Position numbers and translations under genes: made by a program. A DNA stretch of 64,000 nucleotides, from positions 1,028,076-1,092,075 of the forward strand of contig MU008180.1 in NCBI GenBank assembly GCA_010909165.1, read 5' to 3'. A model generated the notes under the pieces. That model had not been told where the DNA came from, made no database searches, and saw only the letters and a list, made by a program, of their open reading frames with translations. Within the stretch, counting starts at the first letter, position 1, and each line of letters opens with the position of its first letter. Source of the DNA: Anthoceros angustus (Eukaryota; Plantae; Anthocerotophyta). Of the stretch, positions 58,750 through 64,000 are shown piece after piece.

Positions 58750-61350
58750 AAGGCAGAGGAACACGGACCAACCTCAAAGCATCACGGTGACTACGACGGC
58801 GTTGGAAGTGGATACGATTTCGACGACTCTAGTGTGACATCGGAGGCGTGGAAGAGGGGTAGAAGGAGAGATGAGCGCGGATGAAGGATTGATGGTGGCT
58901 GGTGACCACCGGCCCGGGAGCGACGGAGAAGGGTCGAAGGTCAAAAGCGGTTGCTGGGAAGAAGAAGAAAGGAAGCGGAGGAAGGTGAGGGATGACTCAC
59001 CTTGGCCTCCGTGAGACGCTGGCGTCCACCGAGGAGCGGGAGGAAAGGGCCCACCCCACGAGGGGGAGGGGTAGGCGAGTCCCAGGCACCCCATGTAGGC
59101 GTGCACCTATCACCATGTAGGGGCTAAACGAGGAAGAGCCAATGAGGGGAGAACGTCCGCGCTTCTCCTCGACATCACCGCAGGTGGCGTGAATGGAGGA
59201 GGAACCCAATGTTCACCAAAGATTTGGAAGAAGAAGGTAACCGAGCCGACGCCAGGATCCACGGCATGGAGTCCCACCCAAGGGACCATGGATTCGGAAG
59301 TTTACAATATCGGAATCGCAGGTCGTGGCTGCAAACGGGAGGAAACCTTGTCGATAAGATCTGGGCCATTTTACAATTGCTTGACCGCAATTTGTGGTCA
59401 CGAGGCAATTGCTTGCGGTCCAGATCCCGCAAGATTGTAAAGGATGATCGGGGAACTCGAGGTCGTACGCAGGAGGCAAAGCCTAGTGAGGTAAACGGGT
59501 TTAACTTGTTGATTTGGGGCACCCAAATTGAAGGTTGAGATTGCAGGTTGAGGCAATGTGCCATTAGATTCGGGATCGAGTCAACTTGATGATGAGGAAA
59601 CATCCTTGGGTTCACCAAGTTTCACCCACCGAGTGTTTTTGTGGATGGTCACCAAACAAGGAGAGAAACCATGGAGTGTTGAGAAACGCACAATGCGGAT
59701 TGGAGGTCTCACCTTCCACCTTACCTACATATGATGAGGCCCGTGTTGGATTTAGGCTATAAGGTTTTCAATAGTGCCTTGGCTTTATGGTACCTCGTGT
59801 CTTTGATTTTCGCATTGAGTGGCACCTCAAGTCAAGTAGGTGGGGCCCTGGAGGTCGTGAAGCCGCGGAGCAAGGCAACCTATGAGGGGAGTCGCTCGTG
59901 GCGGTACACCTGAAGCACGGGGTGAAGCTCCTGCAAAGTCGAGCCTCACTGGGACCTTCGCTGAGGTCACCAAATAAAAGGGGTGATTTGGTGTATTCGC
60001 TTGCACGAGAAGATGTCGAGAAGAGTCAGGATGAGGCACATAGGAAGGAGTAGCCTTTTGGAGGTGGGGCCTATGATCGTGATTTTCCGAGGAGGATCCG
60101 AACTAGTGTAGGCAATCCGAGGGGATATATGTCGCCCTGTGAGAAGATTTGAGTTAGAGCCTAGCAAGGTAGTCAAGGTTTCTAAGTATCTAGGACAGAG
60201 AAAGAGGAGTTCAGAGTGTGCTTAGGGAGGCGTCATGTGTTTGCCTTCAAGATTAACATGGCGACAGAATTGAGGAGCTAGGTATACATCGGATTGATCA
60301 AGGAGGGCAGCACTCCGGTGAGGATCAAACAGTACAGATTGAATCCCAAATATTCCATGGTCGTTAAGGATCAACTCGGACCCAATATTTGGAAGCGAGG
60401 GCACTTACCCTAAGACTCACTAGTGAGTGGGTTGCTCCCATCGTGATTGTACCCAAGAAGGGCAGGGAAAAGGTCTTCGTGTGCCAAGACTTTTGTGGAA
60501 GCTAACAAAAGCCAATGGAAGAAGGATCACCACCCCTTACCCTTCATGGACAGCGTACTGGACACGGTAGCAGGACATGAGATGTATAGTTTCTTGGACG
60601 GATATTTGGGGTACAATCCAGTTCGACTATGGAGAGGAAGACGACAAGACGACATTTCAATGAGCTAAGACTTGGGGGCGCACGCGGCTTATTCGGCCTT
60701 TTGAGGTTGTGTAATGCGCCCGCCTCTTTCCAGCGTGTGGTGAACTCTATATTCCGAGATTTCTTACGGAAGTTTATGGAGGTATTCCTGGATGATTTTT
60801 GCGTGTTTGGGAAAAGGAGACGACATCTGGACCATTTGAGACAAAGGTTTCCGTATGCGTAGAGTCTAACATGGAAACTTCATCCGGGGAAATGTTATTT
60901 TGGTATGACTGGGAAGGCATATTGCTTGTACACCGAGTTTCAAAGACGAGGATCATGCGGTCGGATAGGGAGAAAGTAGTGAAATGATAAAGAGATGGAT
61001 GCCCCACAAACGGTGGCGGTGCGAGCTTTTGTAGGACTAGTAGGGTATTACAGGAGGTTTATAAGTGACTTGGCTGGTGAAGGCAGCCTTTTGTTAACAC
61101 AAATACCAAGAAGGATGTACCCTTTGAATGGACAAATCATGGTGGCAGAGGTCTTTCAACAATCAAGGATGTGCTTTGGTGAGCTTCCAACGTTACAACC
61201 CCGACAGTTAGGGAGAAATCATAGCTTGCTTATACTATTGGGACCATCTTGAGTCAGAAGGATGAAAAAGAAACCGGATCTTAATTTTCTATGCCGGGAG
61301 GCGGCTTTCACGGATGCCGTGAGAGGAACTACCCACCACGGAGCGAGAGG
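58750..61350 (+). mobile_element. Ty3/Gypsy fragment: degenerate gag/protease, RT and start of RNase H
   Basis: YRLNPKYS, EWVAPIVIVPK, KDHHPLPFMDSVLDTVAGHEMYSFLDGYLGYN, LCNAPASFQR, VFLDDF, RAFVGLVGYYRRFI and RNYPTTERE. Confidence 0.88.
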
Positions 61351-61989
61351 AAGTTTAACACCACTAAACCTTCTTCAAGAGGGGAATATACATGTTGAGG
61401 GTTTTGTTTAAATATGCGCCCAAAGGAGTTATTACACATGGGTCTCAAAATCACTTAGAATAGTATGTTTCTGGTCAAAGAACTATGGAAAAATAAGGGT
61501 GTCCGCACATCGCTAGTTGCCCACTTTATAACATGGGTACCACTTGGTGGAAGGGTGCTTAACAAAATCCTTTACCCATATGATGAAGGCAAAATAAGAC
61601 CCACCTGATGATGGCCAGCCGGGAAAGGATGCTTGTGAATCCGTGAGTTTGGGTCCGCTGCGCTGCCTCTCTCACCGCTCGGATCAAGATACCCCTCGCT
61701 ACTTCCTCACTGTTGGACTTAATTGCTACTAGGACTTCCGGATTCGAATATTTTCCCAATGTGATTTCGCCCAAATAGGTTTTCCGGTTATCGGAAAATA
61801 ACTCCGACTTGGTTGCTACCACAACAGGCGAGCTCCGGGATTCTTTGTCATATAGCAGTCCTGATAGCAATCTGTGACTGGCGTTAGCAACCGGTCGAGC
61901 AACCAACCCTCCAGGTTACATCGAGGATCGGGGACTAGACTCTCTTCCTCCTACTAGGCTCTAGTAGACTTTTCCTAACCTACTTCACA

Positions 61990-63630
61990 TTCCAACTCCA
62001 CCACGATTCTCACAACTTAAACACAAAACAAAAAAAACACTCCTTTCGAGTGCGAGTACCCATGTGGTCACCACATACTCCCCTTCTCATTTGTTGGCGT
62101 CCCGCCAACTTATTAATAATATACTTCTTCGCGCCAACCATTGACCAGTTGTAGCGAGAATCCATCAAGTTCTTATTTGTATGGATCCATTGTCGAACAC
62201 TTACGGCACCAGCAGGGACCCATCCATCTAAGATGACTTCGAGGAAGTGCATGTACTGACCATCATCTGCAGCGCCAAGTCCCGGAACAACGTACTCTTG
62301 TGTTTTGCAACTTAGGTCATGCCATTCCTTCCTCTTCTCTTGGGCGTTACGGGGTTGCAAGAGCTTGTTCTCCATGTGCTGAACAAAGCCTATGAGCCTC
62401 TCAAGCGGCTCTCCTCCGTCATCCTCTTATGCTCTGGACTCTCAGCGTTGGCACTTCAAACTCAATGGGCATGATGGTGAGTGCCCATAGGTGAGGTAGT
62501 AGGGGTCTGTGTGGTCACCTTCTCCGACGCCCCTGACGCCCACAACGCCGAGTGAAGCTTCCGGTTCCCAATCGAGGTGTAGGTGATGGTCAACTTGTTG
62601 AGGATCCTCGCAGCAATCCATTAGCTTTCTCCGTGAGTCCATTTGCTTTGGGGTTGTAGGGGTGGTCTTCCTATGGCGATGTTGAAGTACTCACCATGTG
62701 TGAGATCACCTCGTTGATGAAATGGGTACCGCCGCTAACCCCCAACGCACCTGACTTTTGTGATGATGTGCTCAAACAAGAACCTGGCCACCACATTCGC
62801 TGTGTCCACGGGCAGGGCTTGAGCTTGGCCACCATGCGGGTACAGTAGTCCGTTGCTACCAGAATATATTGATTCTGGCTTCCCTTGGTCTTGGGCTGAA
62901 TCGGCCCAACGAAGTCAATCCCCCACTTCTCAAAGGGCGCCAAGGCTAGGATAGGGACCAATGGCCACTCTGTGGTCCTGGTTGGCTTCCCAACCCTTTG
63001 ACATGCATCACAGCGCTTGATGAACTCCCTAGCATCAGGATGCAAGGTTGGCCACCAATACCGCCTCCAAGATCTTCTTACAGTCACGCCAGGCAGAGTG
63101 ACCTCCTCCTCCTCATGGGCGCGAGAACCCGGCCTTTGACCATCCTTGACCCACAACCTCTCAACTCCATCTCGCCCTACAGCATACCTTGTCTCCGCGC
63201 TTAACAACAGTCCGAGAAGTATAGGAACAACCTCTGTCATCAGACAGTCCGCTGGTATCCGACTGCTAAAATCAAAGACCTCCTCATAGGTGGCTCAAAA
63301 CTTCTCCTCCCTTCTCATTTGGTGTCAGACTGCTTCCAACTTGGTATTGGGCCTAGCACTCTCCTCATCCTCCTCCAGCAAGAAAGCTTCATCCGGAAAA
63401 TGATCTTCTTGATCACGCTCCACCTTCTCCGTCTTCAAGCGAGACAAGTAGTCACCGTTCACATGCTTCCACCCCTCACGTGTCTCCACCGTGAATGTGA
63501 ACTCTTGCAACAACAAGATCCAACGAGCTATGCGACCGGAGAGGTCCGCCTTGTTGACAAGATGCTTGAGAGCAAAATGGTCAACATGGAACACAAACTC
63601 ATTGTGGCGCAACTTTCGGCCGACGGCCAC
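61990..63630 (-). mobile_element. Ty3/Gypsy RNase H-integrase fragment
   Basis: VDHFALKHLVNK..SGRIARWILLLQEF, YWWPTL..FIKRCDACQR, APFEKWGIDFVGPI, ILVATDYCT and GTHFINEVI. Confidence 0.9.
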
Positions 63631-64000
63631 CGGGCGCAAGCAATCCTCTGTCGGCAGGACCCGGCTCAGTCAGGCTCTTGCGGTGTCCTCTGCTCCACAG
63701 GCGTCCTCTGCCCTCCTTGCACTTCCTCAGCTTCTTGCCACTCAGGTGGGCGGGGTAGAATCTTGGCACCGTCTGAGGTGCCCGTTAATAAGTGGTCTTA
63801 CGTCTCTTGGCTCCCTCACAGTCGGGGCTCCTCGGTATGGTTGTGTGGTGGTGGGCTTTCTTTGGGGTCGGGGCCTTCTGCTTTGGGCCCTTGCTGGTTG
63901 GGGCACGGGGAGGAGGCGGGAATTTCTTCCATACTTCCACAGGTGGTGAGGGGTCCGTTCCGGACGTATGGGTCAGGAATCCCTCCCGATCGTCCTCCTC
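63630..64000 (-). mobile_element. Diverged second copy of the Gypsy 3' accessory region seen at ~49000-49390; runs off the window
   Basis: 63942-64000 resembles 49333-49385 (GGTGGTGAGGG...CGATCGTCCTCCTC); both translate to PSPPxEVWK and KRRKT. Confidence 0.7.

Noticed and set aside
59800-60230. Possible methyltransferase in the plus-strand Gypsy between protease and RT
   Set aside because: No FxGxG, CQG or ENV motifs were found and the interval is too short.

Overview
Eukaryotic nuclear DNA from a land plant. Short (~80-120 bp) GT-AG introns, MEP-pathway HDR, a germin and an extensin suggest a compact bryophyte-grade genome, possibly a hornwort; that taxon is inference only. The left ~31 kb is gene-dense: a ~30-exon Dis3/RNase II family gene that looks like DIS3L (DIS3L1) rather than RRP44A or SOV, a germin-like protein, a small two-exon membrane protein, intronless beta-COP, HDR/ispH, a PV42/KINgamma-like CBS protein, intronless COG2, NOP10 followed 12 bp later by a processed RPS3 pseudogene, and a membrane-anchored extensin-like gene. 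The right ~32 kb is an inverted duplication of a small ORF followed by a nest of transposons: Copia, several Ty3/Gypsy fragments, a Sola2-like DDE transposase and a LINE-like 3' end. The main finding is a Ty3/Gypsy element (minus strand, ~40.3-44.8 kb) carrying a C5 cytosine DNA methyltransferase domain between its protease and RT, with motifs I-VI and X readable across small frameshifts. Many frameshifts in the repeat half look like unpolished long-read indels, so inactivity of these elements is not certain.
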